64,000 bases of DNA from Sphaerochaetaceae bacterium (GTDB lineage: Bacteria > Spirochaetota > Spirochaetia > Sphaerochaetales > Sphaerochaetaceae), in contig CAXXXN010000002.1 of assembly GCA_963677635.2 (NCBI GenBank), positions 4,724 through 68,723 on the forward strand. The letters are read 5' to 3'. The notes beneath the pieces are model-generated. The model made no database searches, was not told where the DNA came from, and saw nothing but the letters and a program-made list of their open reading frames with translations. The position numbers and the translations under genes are program-made. Below are positions 36,443-46,317 of the stretch, piece by piece. How positions within the stretch are numbered: position 1 is the stretch's first letter; each line of letters opens with the position of its first letter.

Positions 36443-37603
36443 ATGAAAAAAAGCATAATAACATTTGTTTTAATTATGTTAGCAGTATTTCCATTGTTTG
36501 CTAATGGAGAGAAAGAGAAAAAAGCGGATAGTAGTGATTTAAAGATTGCTATTGTATGTTCAAGTGCAGGTCAAAATGATAATGGTTATAATCAATCAGC
36601 TGTTGAAGGATTAAAATCATTTAGCGAAAAAAATAGCATTGATTATAAAGTTGTAGAACCTACTAATGGCGTTCCAGCAGCTTTAGAAGCTTTAGCTGAT
36701 GATGGTTATAATTTAATTTTTAGCTTAGAATATGATTTTGAAGCATTAATTAAAGGCGTTGGAGGATCAAAAGCTATTGCAGATATGTATCCAGATACAA
36801 CTTTTGTAATATTTAATGATAATCCAAATGTTGATGGATCAGGTAATGTATTACATAATAATGTAATTTCTGTTTTATTTGATGTTCATGAAGGTTCTTT
36901 CTTAGCTGGTGTATTATCAGTTGAAGTAATTGAAAATCAAGCAAAACTCTTTGGATCTGATTATAATTTAACTCCAGCAGCTGATGGTGGTCGTACAGTT
37001 GGTTTTATTGGTGGAACAAATAGCAATGGTATAACAGTATTTTCTAATGGATATATTGCTGGTGTAAATTATCAAGCTCAAAAATACAATCAAGTTTATG
37101 ATTATTATTCTAAATATGATGCTGGTTTCGGAGATCCTGCAACTGGTTCAACTGTAGCTGGGACTTTCTTTAGTAAAGGTGCAAATGTTGTTTATGGTTG
37201 TGCTGGTGTTGTTGGTGATGGAATCGATGCAAAAGCAAAAGAAGTTAAAAAGTTTGCTATAGAAGTTGATGCTAATAAAGATAATAAACAACCAGGATAT
37301 ATTTTAACTAGTGTACTAAAGAATACAGATGTACCTGTAATGAAAATTTCTCAAGCAGCACTAGATGGAAGTATTAATTCAATGGATAAACTTCAAAACT
37401 ATAGTTTAGCAAGTGGTGCAGCAGGTATAACTGATTTAGCAACTATTTCTTCAAAAGTTCAAGATAAAGAAGTTTGGAATAATGTTCTAAAACAAGTTAA
37501 TGAAGCTAAAGCAAAAATTACTTCAGGTGAAATAATTGTTACTAATGCTCAAGGTGGAGATATATTTGTAGCAGCAGATTATCCAAATGTAAATATTAAG
37601 TAA
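36443..37603 (+). CDS. BMP family ABC transporter substrate-binding protein (nucleoside-type)
   Basis: Signal peptide ending LFANG. It contains KIAIVCSSAGQNDNGYNQSAVEGL, typical of the Bmp/PnrA/Med family. Confidence 0.8.
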   Translation: MKKSIITFVLIMLAVFPLFANGEKEKKADSSDLKIAIVCSSAGQNDNGYNQSAVEGLKSFSEKNSIDYKVVEPTNGVPAALEALADDGYNLIFSLEYDFEALIKGVGGSKAIADMYPDTTFVIFNDNPNVDGSGNVLHNNVISVLFDVHEGSFLAGVLSVEVIENQAKLFGSDYNLTPAADGGRTVGFIGGTNSNGITVFSNGYIAGVNYQAQKYNQVYDYYSKYDAGFGDPATGSTVAGTFFSKGANVVYGCAGVVGDGIDAKAKEVKKFAIEVDANKDNKQPGYILTSVLKNTDVPVMKISQAALDGSINSMDKLQNYSLASGAAGITDLATISSKVQDKEVWNNVLKQVNEAKAKITSGEIIVTNAQGGDIFVAADYPNVNIK

Positions 37604-37627
37604 TAAGAATAATTTAAACAATTTAAT

Positions 37628-37649
37628 TCTGCCCAAGTTTTTGGGCAGA
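37628..37649 (+). terminator. Intra-operon hairpin after the binding-protein gene
   Basis: TCTGCCCAA, loop gttt, TTGGGCAGA: a perfect 9-bp GC-containing stem. Confidence 0.5.
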
Positions 37650-37670
37650 TTATAATAAAATGGAACTTTT

Positions 37671-39221
37671 ATGGATATAATAAAAACCGAAAATCTTACC
37701 AAGAAATTTGGTAATTTTACTGCAAACGATAATATAAATTTATATATAAAAGAAAATGAAATAAAATGTATTGTTGGAGAAAATGGTGCAGGTAAATCAA
37801 CATTAATGAATATGTTGTATGGTGTACTAAAACCAACTTCAGGTGAAATTTATATAAGAAATGAATTAGTTAATTTTTCTAGTCCTTCCGATGCAATGGC
37901 TCATGGTATTGGCATGGTTCATCAGCATTTTAAATTAGTCCCATCTCTAAGTGTATTTGAAAATATAGTATTAGGGACTGAAATAAGTAAAAGAACAAAG
38001 GGTGGACTTAAACTCCCATTAATTGATACCAAAAAAGAATTAGAAGTTGTTAGAAATTTAATTAATGAACAAAATTTCGAATTAGATCCCTTATCAAAAA
38101 TTGAAGATCTATCAGTTGGCGCTCGCCAAAGAGTTGAAATTTTGAAAATGTTGTATAGAAAAGTAGATATTTTAATTTTAGATGAACCTACTGCTGTATT
38201 AATTCCACAAGAAGTTGATCAATTAATTTTAACATTAAAAAAGTTAAGAGATTTAGGTAAAACAATAATTGTAATAACTCACAAATTACGAGAAGTTTTA
38301 GCTCTAAGTGATAGCGTTACTGTTATAAAGCAAGGAAAAGTAACAGGTTGTGTAAATACAATTGATACAAATGAAAAAGAACTAGCTCAAATGATGGTAG
38401 GTCGTGATGTTGTTCTATCAATAGAAAATAATCATGAATGTGAAAATAATGCAAAAACCCTCTATGAAGCAAAAAATATTACTACATTAAATAGTTATGG
38501 TAAAAAATGTGTAGATAATATTAGCTTTAATCTTCATGAAAATGAAATTCTAGGGATTGCCGGAGTTGAGGGAAATGGCCAAAGTGAATTAGTTAAAATT
38601 TTAACAGGTCTTATGGAATCCTCCGACGGTCAAATTCTTCTTGATGGAAAAGATGTTACAAATAAATGGCCTGATGAACTTAGAAATTATGGACTTGGTA
38701 TTATCCCTGAGGATAGATATAAAGAAGGTTTATGTAAAACGATGAGTATTGCAGAAAACTGTATTGCTGGTTATCACAGTCAAAATCAAGTATGTAATCA
38801 TGGACTTTTGAATAAAAAAAATATCAAAGAAAGAAGAAATCAATTGATTAATTCTTTTGATATAAGAGTTGGTGATATTGATGGAGAAGTTGGGCAACTT
38901 TCAGGTGGTAATGCTCAAAAAATTATTTTAGCTAGAGAATTACATCAAAATCCTAAAGTATTGTTAGCTTGTCAACCAACAAGAGGAGTTGATATTGGTT
39001 CAATAGAATTTATACATAAGCAACTATTAAATTATAGAGATGAAGGTCATGGTGTTTTATTAATTTCAAGTGAATTATCTGAAATAATGTCTTTATCAGA
39101 TAGAATTATGGTTATGTACAAAGGAAAAATTATTGGTGAAGTTTGTGCAAAAGGCGCAACAACACAGCAATTAGGTTTATTAATGGCAGGAATAGTAGAG
39201 GATGAAAATAATGAAAGATAA
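37671..39221 (+). CDS. ABC transporter ATP-binding protein with duplicated ATPase domains
   Basis: Walker A GENGAGKST and Walker B ILILDEPTA. The second cassette has LSGGNAQK and the protein is 516 aa. Confidence 0.9.
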   Translation: MDIIKTENLTKKFGNFTANDNINLYIKENEIKCIVGENGAGKSTLMNMLYGVLKPTSGEIYIRNELVNFSSPSDAMAHGIGMVHQHFKLVPSLSVFENIVLGTEISKRTKGGLKLPLIDTKKELEVVRNLINEQNFELDPLSKIEDLSVGARQRVEILKMLYRKVDILILDEPTAVLIPQEVDQLILTLKKLRDLGKTIIVITHKLREVLALSDSVTVIKQGKVTGCVNTIDTNEKELAQMMVGRDVVLSIENNHECENNAKTLYEAKNITTLNSYGKKCVDNISFNLHENEILGIAGVEGNGQSELVKILTGLMESSDGQILLDGKDVTNKWPDELRNYGLGIIPEDRYKEGLCKTMSIAENCIAGYHSQNQVCNHGLLNKKNIKERRNQLINSFDIRVGDIDGEVGQLSGGNAQKIILARELHQNPKVLLACQPTRGVDIGSIEFIHKQLLNYRDEGHGVLLISSELSEIMSLSDRIMVMYKGKIIGEVCAKGATTQQLGLLMAGIVEDENNER

Positions 39222-40278
39222 AAAAGTTATATATGAAATTTTAAATTCAATAATTCCAGTTTTTTTAGCTTTTGTTATTGGTGGTTTTATAATTGTTGCA
39301 TTAGGAGAGAATCCTTTTACAACTTATTGGATATTAATCAAAAAATCATTATTAACTGCAAAAGGATTTGCTAATACTCTTCATTATGCAGCTCCAATGA
39401 TTTTAACAGGATTGGCAATTGCAATTACTTTTAAAGCAAACATATTCAATATGGGTGTTGAAGGGTCTTTTGTCTTAGGTGGATTTTGTGCAGGAGTATT
39501 TGCTTCCTCTTTTACAAATTTTGATCCTATTACTGCTAAAATTGTTTGTTTAACTCTTGGTGTAGTTTTTGGAATGTTGTTCTCTCTTATTCCCGCGTTA
39601 CTTAAAGCATATTTTAAAGTAGATGAAATGGTTGTAACCTTAATGCTAAATTATGCATTAGTTAAAATTTTAGAGTTTTTAGCGACAGGTCCATTTAGAG
39701 ATTTAAGTTCTGGCTATGTTAGTACACCTACAGTTTCAAAATCATCAATGTTTTTAAGGTTCGGTAATACCCGTTTAACGATGTTCTTTTTTCTAACTCT
39801 TATAGCTTTCACAATAGTATATATAATAATGAAAAAATCAAAATTAGGTTATGAAATAACTGCAATTGGAGCTAATTGCTCATTTTCTGAAGCTTGTGGA
39901 ATGAGAGTAAAGAGAAAGATCATTATATTGATGTTAATTTCTGGAGCTTTAGCAGGTTTTGGAGGAGCTGGATATATGTTATCTGATCAATTTAAATATA
40001 CATTAAGTTTTTCTGGTACTCCAGGAATGGGTTGGGATGGAATGTTAATTTCTTTACTTGGTGGACATTCTCCAATAGGTGTTTTTGTTGCAGCTATTTT
40101 TTACAGTGTATTAAAGACTGGAAGTGATAATATAAATCTATATACTTCAGTGCCAAAAGAAATAGTTGCTGTAATTCAAAGTTTAATAATTTTATTATTA
40201 GCAATCAAATTTATAAACGATAGAACTTCTTTTTTCTCAAAAAAAAGTAGAACTTTGAAATTAAAAGGAGCTAAGTAA
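39202..40278 (+). CDS. ABC transporter permease (BMP/nucleoside system)
   Basis: 358-aa polytopic protein that follows the ATPase with an overlap. Confidence 0.8.
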   Translation: MKIMKDKKVIYEILNSIIPVFLAFVIGGFIIVALGENPFTTYWILIKKSLLTAKGFANTLHYAAPMILTGLAIAITFKANIFNMGVEGSFVLGGFCAGVFASSFTNFDPITAKIVCLTLGVVFGMLFSLIPALLKAYFKVDEMVVTLMLNYALVKILEFLATGPFRDLSSGYVSTPTVSKSSMFLRFGNTRLTMFFFLTLIAFTIVYIIMKKSKLGYEITAIGANCSFSEACGMRVKRKIIILMLISGALAGFGGAGYMLSDQFKYTLSFSGTPGMGWDGMLISLLGGHSPIGVFVAAIFYSVLKTGSDNINLYTSVPKEIVAVIQSLIILLLAIKFINDRTSFFSKKSRTLKLKGAK

Positions 40279-41183
40279 TGAATTTCCTTTCTATAATAAC
40301 TTATGATACTGTTTTTCATAGCATTCCTATTATTTTATGTGTTATTGGTGGTGCTTTTGCTTATAAAGCCAATGTATTAAATATTGCTTTAGAAGGATTT
40401 ATGTTAAATGGTGCATTTGTCTTTACTTTTTTTGTATATAAAACAAACAATGTTTTTCTTTCTACCATATTAGCAATTATATCTTGTCTATTTTTGGGGC
40501 TTATCTTTTCATATATGGGTGTAACTAAAAAGGGAAACGTTATAGTAATAGGTTTAGCAATAAACATGTTTGTATCAGCCTTTTCAGGCTTTGTTTTAAA
40601 AATAATGGGTACTAGTAATATTGTTCTAAACAATTATTCTGTTTCAGATATGAAAATTAATATACCCATAATTGAGAAGATACCGTTAATTGGAGCCTTA
40701 TTATCTGGGCATCCATTTATAACCTATTTAACTATTGTTCTCGTTGCTCTGATGTGGGTAATTATGTATAAAACAAAATTTGGTGTATATGTAAGAGTAG
40801 TTGGAGAAAATGAAGACGCAGCTAAAAGTTTAGGAATTAAAACAGATTTTTATAAGTATATGGCAATATTGATGGGTTCTTTAACCTGTGTTCTTGCAGG
40901 AATAAATTTATCCTTTGAAAGTTTAGCCTTATATACAAACAATATGACAGCAGGAAGAGGCTTTATAGCAATTGCAGCAATTTATTGCGGTCAAGGTAAT
41001 CCTTTAACATCAGCTCTTTATGCAATAATTTTTGGATTAGCAAGAGCTCTTGCTGTAAACTTAGGTATTTATGCTGGTCCTGTAGCAGGTCTATTTGATG
41101 TAATTCCATATATAATGATGGTTGTTGTATTGAGTGTGGTATCAGTTCTTAAACAAAAAAATAATAAATTAAGGGGCTTCTAA
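40278..41183 (+). CDS. ABC transporter permease (BMP/nucleoside system)
   Basis: 301-aa polytopic protein with an ATGA-type junction. Confidence 0.8.
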   Translation: MNFLSIITYDTVFHSIPIILCVIGGAFAYKANVLNIALEGFMLNGAFVFTFFVYKTNNVFLSTILAIISCLFLGLIFSYMGVTKKGNVIVIGLAINMFVSAFSGFVLKIMGTSNIVLNNYSVSDMKINIPIIEKIPLIGALLSGHPFITYLTIVLVALMWVIMYKTKFGVYVRVVGENEDAAKSLGIKTDFYKYMAILMGSLTCVLAGINLSFESLALYTNNMTAGRGFIAIAAIYCGQGNPLTSALYAIIFGLARALAVNLGIYAGPVAGLFDVIPYIMMVVVLSVVSVLKQKNNKLRGF

Positions 41184-41750
41184 ATGAAAAAAAGTGCTTT
41201 ACTAATTGTAGATATGGTAAATGATTTTACCAAAGAAGATGGATTAGTGTTTTATCCCGCAAATAGAATAATTTTACCCAAAATTAAAGATTTGTTAGAT
41301 GTTTCTAGAAAAAATGATTTGCTAATTATTTTTTTACAACATTGTTATAGAAAAGGTAAGTATGACAAAAACTTAATCAATATGAGACCAAATTGTGTTG
41401 AAGGCAGTGGCGGTGAAGATATTGATGAAATGTTAGATGTTGATTTTGAAAAAGATTATGTCATTAAGAAGAGAAGATATAGTGGTTTTTTTGGAACTGA
41501 TTTAGATTTAGTTTTAAGAGAAAATAACATTGAAAATACTATAATTGTTGGAACAAAAACAAACTGTTGTATAAGAGCAACTGCTATGGATGCTTATTAT
41601 AGAGATTATAATGTTTTTGTAGTTAGTGATTGTGTTGCAACAAATGATGAAACTGTAAATCAAGTTTATTTAAATGATATTGATAAATATATTGGTAAAG
41701 TTGTTGATTTAGATAGTTGTAAAATGATGATAAATGAGGGTTCTTTATAA
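41184..41750 (+). CDS. Isochorismatase-family cysteine hydrolase
   Basis: Motifs ALLIVDMVNDF, a KRRYSGFFGTDLD segment, and the catalytic Cys context GTKTNCCIRATAMDA. Confidence 0.85.
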   Translation: MKKSALLIVDMVNDFTKEDGLVFYPANRIILPKIKDLLDVSRKNDLLIIFLQHCYRKGKYDKNLINMRPNCVEGSGGEDIDEMLDVDFEKDYVIKKRRYSGFFGTDLDLVLRENNIENTIIVGTKTNCCIRATAMDAYYRDYNVFVVSDCVATNDETVNQVYLNDIDKYIGKVVDLDSCKMMINEGSL

Positions 41751-42706
41751 TGAAAAATAAAAAATATTCTGTTTTAGTAACAGGATATCCGAGTATGGAT
41801 CATATTATAAAAATTAATACTCCAGCAAAAGTTGGATTTACTTCTTTAGTTAGTAATAAAGACAATACTGATATATATTATGGCGGTTGCTCAGTAAATA
41901 TTGCTTATGCACTTTCTAAATTAGGAGTATCAGCTTTACCAGCAATAAGAGTTGGAAATGATTTTGAAAAAATTGGGTTTAAAAAATTTCTAGAAGATAA
42001 TAATGTTTTATTAGATGGTGTTAAAAAAATTGAAGATGATATTACTTCAACAACTTATTTACTAGAAGATAATAATGGAGATCATATAACAATTTTCTAT
42101 CCAGGGGCTATGGATGAAAAATATTTTAATGAAGTTGATGATTCTCTATTTATTAATTCAGAACTAGGTGTTATTACCGTAGGACCAGCAAAGGATAATC
42201 TCTATTTCGCTCAAAAATGTTTAGAGTATAATTTACCAATTGTTTTTGGAATGAAAGGGGATATTGTCTCTTTAACAAAACCATTTTTATTAAAAGTTCT
42301 AAATAATAGTAGAATTATTTTTACAAATGAAAGTGAAAAACAAACAATTGAAGAACTTTTTGCTTTAGATTCTATTACAGATTTTTTTGAAACTGGTATT
42401 TGTGAAGTTATTGTTACAACTAAGGGAAAAGAAGGTAGTACATATTATCAGAATAAAAACAATAAAATAGAGAGCGGAAGTATAAAAGCTTACGATTTAT
42501 TTGAAAGAAAAGATACAACTGGTTGTGGGGATGGATATATATCAGGATTTCTGTATGGCTATTTAAATGAATTCTCAGTTGCTGAATGTTGTTTATATGG
42601 CTCTTTGGTTTCATCCTTTGTATTAAGTGGACAAGGTTGCTGTACTGCATTACCTACAAAAGCACAATTAGAATTAGAATTTGATAAGAGAAAGGAAGAA
42701 ATATAA
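41750..42706 (+). CDS. PfkB family kinase
   Basis: DTTGCGDGYISGFLYG ATP-binding motif and a ribokinase-like fold layout. Confidence 0.8.
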   Translation: MKNKKYSVLVTGYPSMDHIIKINTPAKVGFTSLVSNKDNTDIYYGGCSVNIAYALSKLGVSALPAIRVGNDFEKIGFKKFLEDNNVLLDGVKKIEDDITSTTYLLEDNNGDHITIFYPGAMDEKYFNEVDDSLFINSELGVITVGPAKDNLYFAQKCLEYNLPIVFGMKGDIVSLTKPFLLKVLNNSRIIFTNESEKQTIEELFALDSITDFFETGICEVIVTTKGKEGSTYYQNKNNKIESGSIKAYDLFERKDTTGCGDGYISGFLYGYLNEFSVAECCLYGSLVSSFVLSGQGCCTALPTKAQLELEFDKRKEEI

Positions 42707-43458
42707 TGAGTACTTTATATATGAATGCAAAAAAAGAAGATATTGCAGATATGGTTATTTTTTCTGGCGATCCTTGGAGAGTTAACGTATTAAAGAATTA
42801 TTTAGATGATGTTAAGCATATTGATTTTAAAAGAGAATTTAATACTTATACTGGGTTTTATAAGGGCGTAAAAATTACTGTAACCTCAACTGGTATTGGA
42901 GCTCCTTCAGCTGCAATTGCAATGGAAGAAATGTATCAGTGTGGTATGAAAGTTGCTGTTAGAATGGGAACAATAATGTCATTAATCGATGATACTTTAG
43001 GTGATTTTATGATTCCAGTTGGAGCTGTTAGGAAAGAGTGCACTAGTGATACATATGTCGATAAAAGCTATCCAGCTGTTGCAGACTTTGATTTAGTTAA
43101 TTGTATGAATGAAAGTGTAAGAACTGCAGGGAAAAAACATCATAATGGAATTAGTGCAACTTTAGATGGATTTTATTCACAGATGCATGATTCTAAATTT
43201 TCTTTAGAACAAAATAAAGATATGTCTAAAATCTTTGATGAAATGAAAAGCATTGGTGTATGTGGATTAGATATGGAAAGCTCCTTGATATTAACTCTTG
43301 GTAGATTAATGAATGTAAAAACAGCAATAGTAACTCTTGTTACAGTTTTAGAGAATTTAAAAGACTCTTTAAAAGGAACAAATAGAAGTGAAGCTGAAGA
43401 TTTATTATGTAAAGTAGTTTTAGATGGCTTAGTAAATTTTTCAAAAAGAGAAGGATAA
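42706..43458 (+). CDS. Nucleoside phosphorylase (PNP_UDP_1 family, uridine/purine nucleoside phosphorylase-like)
   Basis: N-terminal IADMVIFSGDPWRV, TSTGIGAPSAAIAMEE, and a GLDMES segment. Confidence 0.7.
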   Translation: MSTLYMNAKKEDIADMVIFSGDPWRVNVLKNYLDDVKHIDFKREFNTYTGFYKGVKITVTSTGIGAPSAAIAMEEMYQCGMKVAVRMGTIMSLIDDTLGDFMIPVGAVRKECTSDTYVDKSYPAVADFDLVNCMNESVRTAGKKHHNGISATLDGFYSQMHDSKFSLEQNKDMSKIFDEMKSIGVCGLDMESSLILTLGRLMNVKTAIVTLVTVLENLKDSLKGTNRSEAEDLLCKVVLDGLVNFSKREG

Positions 43459-43464
43459 AAACTT

Positions 43465-44256
43465 ATGGATATAAAAACAATAATAAAAAAGAGAAATAAT
43501 TTTGTAATAGGTATGGTTCATTGTCTTCCATTACCTGGGACTTGGAAATTTGATGACAATTGTGAATATATAACTCAAAGGGCAATTGAAGATGCTGTTA
43601 CTTTAGAAAAAGCTGGTTGTGATGCAATTATGATTGAAAATATGTGTGATGACCCTTTATCTGTAAAACTTGATATAGCTCAAGCGGTAGCTCTTTCAGC
43701 TATTACTGCAAAAATTAGAGAAAAAGTTTCTCTTCCAATAGGAATAGACGCAGCATTTTGTGATTATGAAGTTGCAATTAGTATAGCAAAGTTTAATAAC
43801 TGTCAGTTTGTTAGATTACCAGTTTTTGTTGATAGAGTTCAATTCTTTGGAGGCGTTATTGATCCTTGTGCAAGGGAAAGTATTTTGTATCGAAAAAATT
43901 TAAATGCTCAAGATATAATGATATTAGCAGATATACAAGTTAAACATACAAATTTAATAACTCCAACTCCAATAGAAGCATCTGCGAAAAATGCAGTAGC
44001 TTGTGGGGCTGATGCTGTTATTGTAACTGGTAGTACAACAGGAGAAGCAACTCCATTAGAAATGATTGAGAGAGTACAAAAGGTCGTAAATGTTCCAGTA
44101 ATAGTTGGTAGTGGTGCAAATAAAGACAATATTAATAACCAATTTGAAATTGCAGATGGAGCAATTATCGGTAGTTCATTCAAAGAAAGCGGGGTTTTAA
44201 CTAATCCAATTGTTTTTGAGAAAGTTGAACAGTTAATGAAAAATATAAGAAAATAA
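43465..44256 (+). CDS. BtpA/SgcQ family TIM-barrel protein
   Basis: N-terminal VIGMVHCLPLPGT plus a C-terminal VIVGSG...GAIIGSSFK phosphate-binding-like pattern. Confidence 0.6.
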   Translation: MDIKTIIKKRNNFVIGMVHCLPLPGTWKFDDNCEYITQRAIEDAVTLEKAGCDAIMIENMCDDPLSVKLDIAQAVALSAITAKIREKVSLPIGIDAAFCDYEVAISIAKFNNCQFVRLPVFVDRVQFFGGVIDPCARESILYRKNLNAQDIMILADIQVKHTNLITPTPIEASAKNAVACGADAVIVTGSTTGEATPLEMIERVQKVVNVPVIVGSGANKDNINNQFEIADGAIIGSSFKESGVLTNPIVFEKVEQLMKNIRK

Positions 44257-44273
44257 TATAGGAGCAAATAGAT

Positions 44274-45431
44274 ATGATGAGACCAATGAAGTTGGCAGGA
44301 AGTCAATTGATGTTTGGAGAAGGTTGCCTTGAGTTTTTAGCTCAACTAGATTCAAAAAGAGCTAGTTTAGTTATTGGTGGCCACAGTATGGAAAAAAGTG
44401 GAATACTTGATAAAGTAGTTAAAATTTTAGAAGAAAATAAAGTTGAAGTCTCAATTATTAGAGATGTAGAACCAGATCCTAGTTTTAAGACCGTTATTAC
44501 TGGTGCGAAAAAGATGCTTGAATTTGAACCAGATACAATAATTGCTTTAGGTGGTGGTTCTGTTATGGATGCTGCTAAAACCATGTGGGTATATTATGAA
44601 CATCCTGAATTAAAGACATTAGAAGATATTTTACCACCAAATGATTTCCCAAAATTACATATTAAAGCAAAATTTGTATGTATTCCTTCTACTGCTGGAA
44701 CAGCAAGTGAAGTATCTAGATCTGTTGTAATTTCAGATGAAAATGGGATGAAACATGGAATAGGTAATATGGAAATGATGCCTGATGTAGCAATTTGTGA
44801 TCCTTTAGTTACATTAAGCATGCCTTTATCAACAACAGCAGATACAGGCTTAGATGCATTAACTCACGCATTAGAAGCTTTTGCTTCAAATAGAGCAAAT
44901 TACTTATCAGATATATTAGCAACTCAATCAGCCATTGATATTATAAATACTTTACCAAAAGTATTCAAAAATAGAAATGATGTTAAATTAAGAGAAATCA
45001 TGTTGAATGCATCAATGGTTGCAGGTCTTGCTTTTACAAATGTATCATTAGGGATTGTTCACTCAATGGCTCATACCGTTGGTTCTTATTTCCATGTTCC
45101 ACACGGTTTAGCAAATGCAATTATTCTCCCTTATATAATTGAATTTAATAGCCAAAATGAAGTTGCTAAAAATAAATATGATGATTTTGTAAAACAATTA
45201 GGTAAAGATAAACCATTACAAAATATTATTAGAGATTTAAATTCTCAATTAAATATTCCGTCTAACTTCTCTTCAGTAATAAAAGATAGAAGTTTATATC
45301 TTGAAAAACTAGATGAGATGGCTGAATGTGCTAAAAGCGATGGATGTACAAAAACTAATCCAATTATTCCAACTATAGAACAATTTAAAGAACTATTTCT
45401 TTTAATTTTTCCAGAAAAAGGGGAGTGTTAA
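44274..45431 (+). CDS. Iron-containing (group III) alcohol dehydrogenase
   Basis: GGGSVMDAAK, a His-rich metal site (HSMAHTVGSYFHVPHG), 385 aa. Confidence 0.85.
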   Translation: MMRPMKLAGSQLMFGEGCLEFLAQLDSKRASLVIGGHSMEKSGILDKVVKILEENKVEVSIIRDVEPDPSFKTVITGAKKMLEFEPDTIIALGGGSVMDAAKTMWVYYEHPELKTLEDILPPNDFPKLHIKAKFVCIPSTAGTASEVSRSVVISDENGMKHGIGNMEMMPDVAICDPLVTLSMPLSTTADTGLDALTHALEAFASNRANYLSDILATQSAIDIINTLPKVFKNRNDVKLREIMLNASMVAGLAFTNVSLGIVHSMAHTVGSYFHVPHGLANAIILPYIIEFNSQNEVAKNKYDDFVKQLGKDKPLQNIIRDLNSQLNIPSNFSSVIKDRSLYLEKLDEMAECAKSDGCTKTNPIIPTIEQFKELFLLIFPEKGEC

Positions 45432-46151
45432 ATGGATTTAATTTGTTACTTATCAAATGGATATCCATCAATAGAATCTAGTATTGATGTAGCTAAAACT
45501 TATGTTGAAGCTGGTTGTGATATTATTGAGATTGATTTTCCATCTAGAGACCCATATTTAGAAGGAGATTTCATTGCTAATCGTATGAGAGAAGCCTTAA
45601 AGGCTTGTGATGACTATGAAAAGTATATGGAAGGAATGATTAAAATTAAAAAATCATTACCTCAAACTTCATTTATTCTTTTAGTTTATGAAAATACTAT
45701 TAAAGAAATTGGAGTTGATAAATTCATAAAATTTTGTGTAGATAATGATTTTAGTGATATTATTCTTTGTGGTTTAGAAGATGATAAAATTAAAAATGCC
45801 ATCATAGCTAATAAATTAAGAGTAAGTTGCTATGTTCAGAGAAAATTAGATAGAACTGAGATTTTATATGCAAAGGAATCTAATGGCTTTGTATACTTAC
45901 AAGCAAAAACTCGTGATGAAAGTGAAATAAATAAAACTTATCCAACTTTAGAGTCCTGCATTAGCTATTTAAGAGAAGAGGGAATAGAGAGACCAATTTA
46001 TTGTGGTGTTGGTATTCATACTCCTGAAGATGCATTATATGCAAAAAATGCAAAAGCTGATGCTATTTTTGTAGGTTCTGCAATTTTAAAAGTACAAGAA
46101 GATAAAAAACAATTAATTAAAGTTATAAGAAGTTTTAAAAATAATTGCTAA
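45432..46151 (+). CDS. Tryptophan synthase alpha chain-like TIM-barrel protein (orphan, no trpB nearby)
   Basis: GCDIIEIDFPSRDPYLEGDFI aligns with the TrpA ElGxPFSDPxADG loop. C-terminal CGVGIH and IFVGSAILK match the phosphate-binding loops. Confidence 0.6.
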   Translation: MDLICYLSNGYPSIESSIDVAKTYVEAGCDIIEIDFPSRDPYLEGDFIANRMREALKACDDYEKYMEGMIKIKKSLPQTSFILLVYENTIKEIGVDKFIKFCVDNDFSDIILCGLEDDKIKNAIIANKLRVSCYVQRKLDRTEILYAKESNGFVYLQAKTRDESEINKTYPTLESCISYLREEGIERPIYCGVGIHTPEDALYAKNAKADAIFVGSAILKVQEDKKQLIKVIRSFKNNC

Positions 46152-46171
46152 ATTTTGAGTGGTAAAAAATG

Positions 46172-46216
46172 AAGAGACTGTTGTTATATTTATTTGTAAT
46201 ATAGCAACAGTCTCTT
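46172..46216. terminator. Bidirectional terminator between convergent genes
   Basis: AAGAGACTGTTG ... CAACAGTCTCTT: a 12-bp perfect stem extended by AT pairs. Confidence 0.6.
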
Positions 46217-46317
46217 TGCTAATAAAAATATCCTAAACTTTTGAGAATAATTATGCTAAATTAAATAAAACTCAGTTTTAATAAAAAAGTTAAATTAGTA
46301 TTAATAATTAGTAGATT

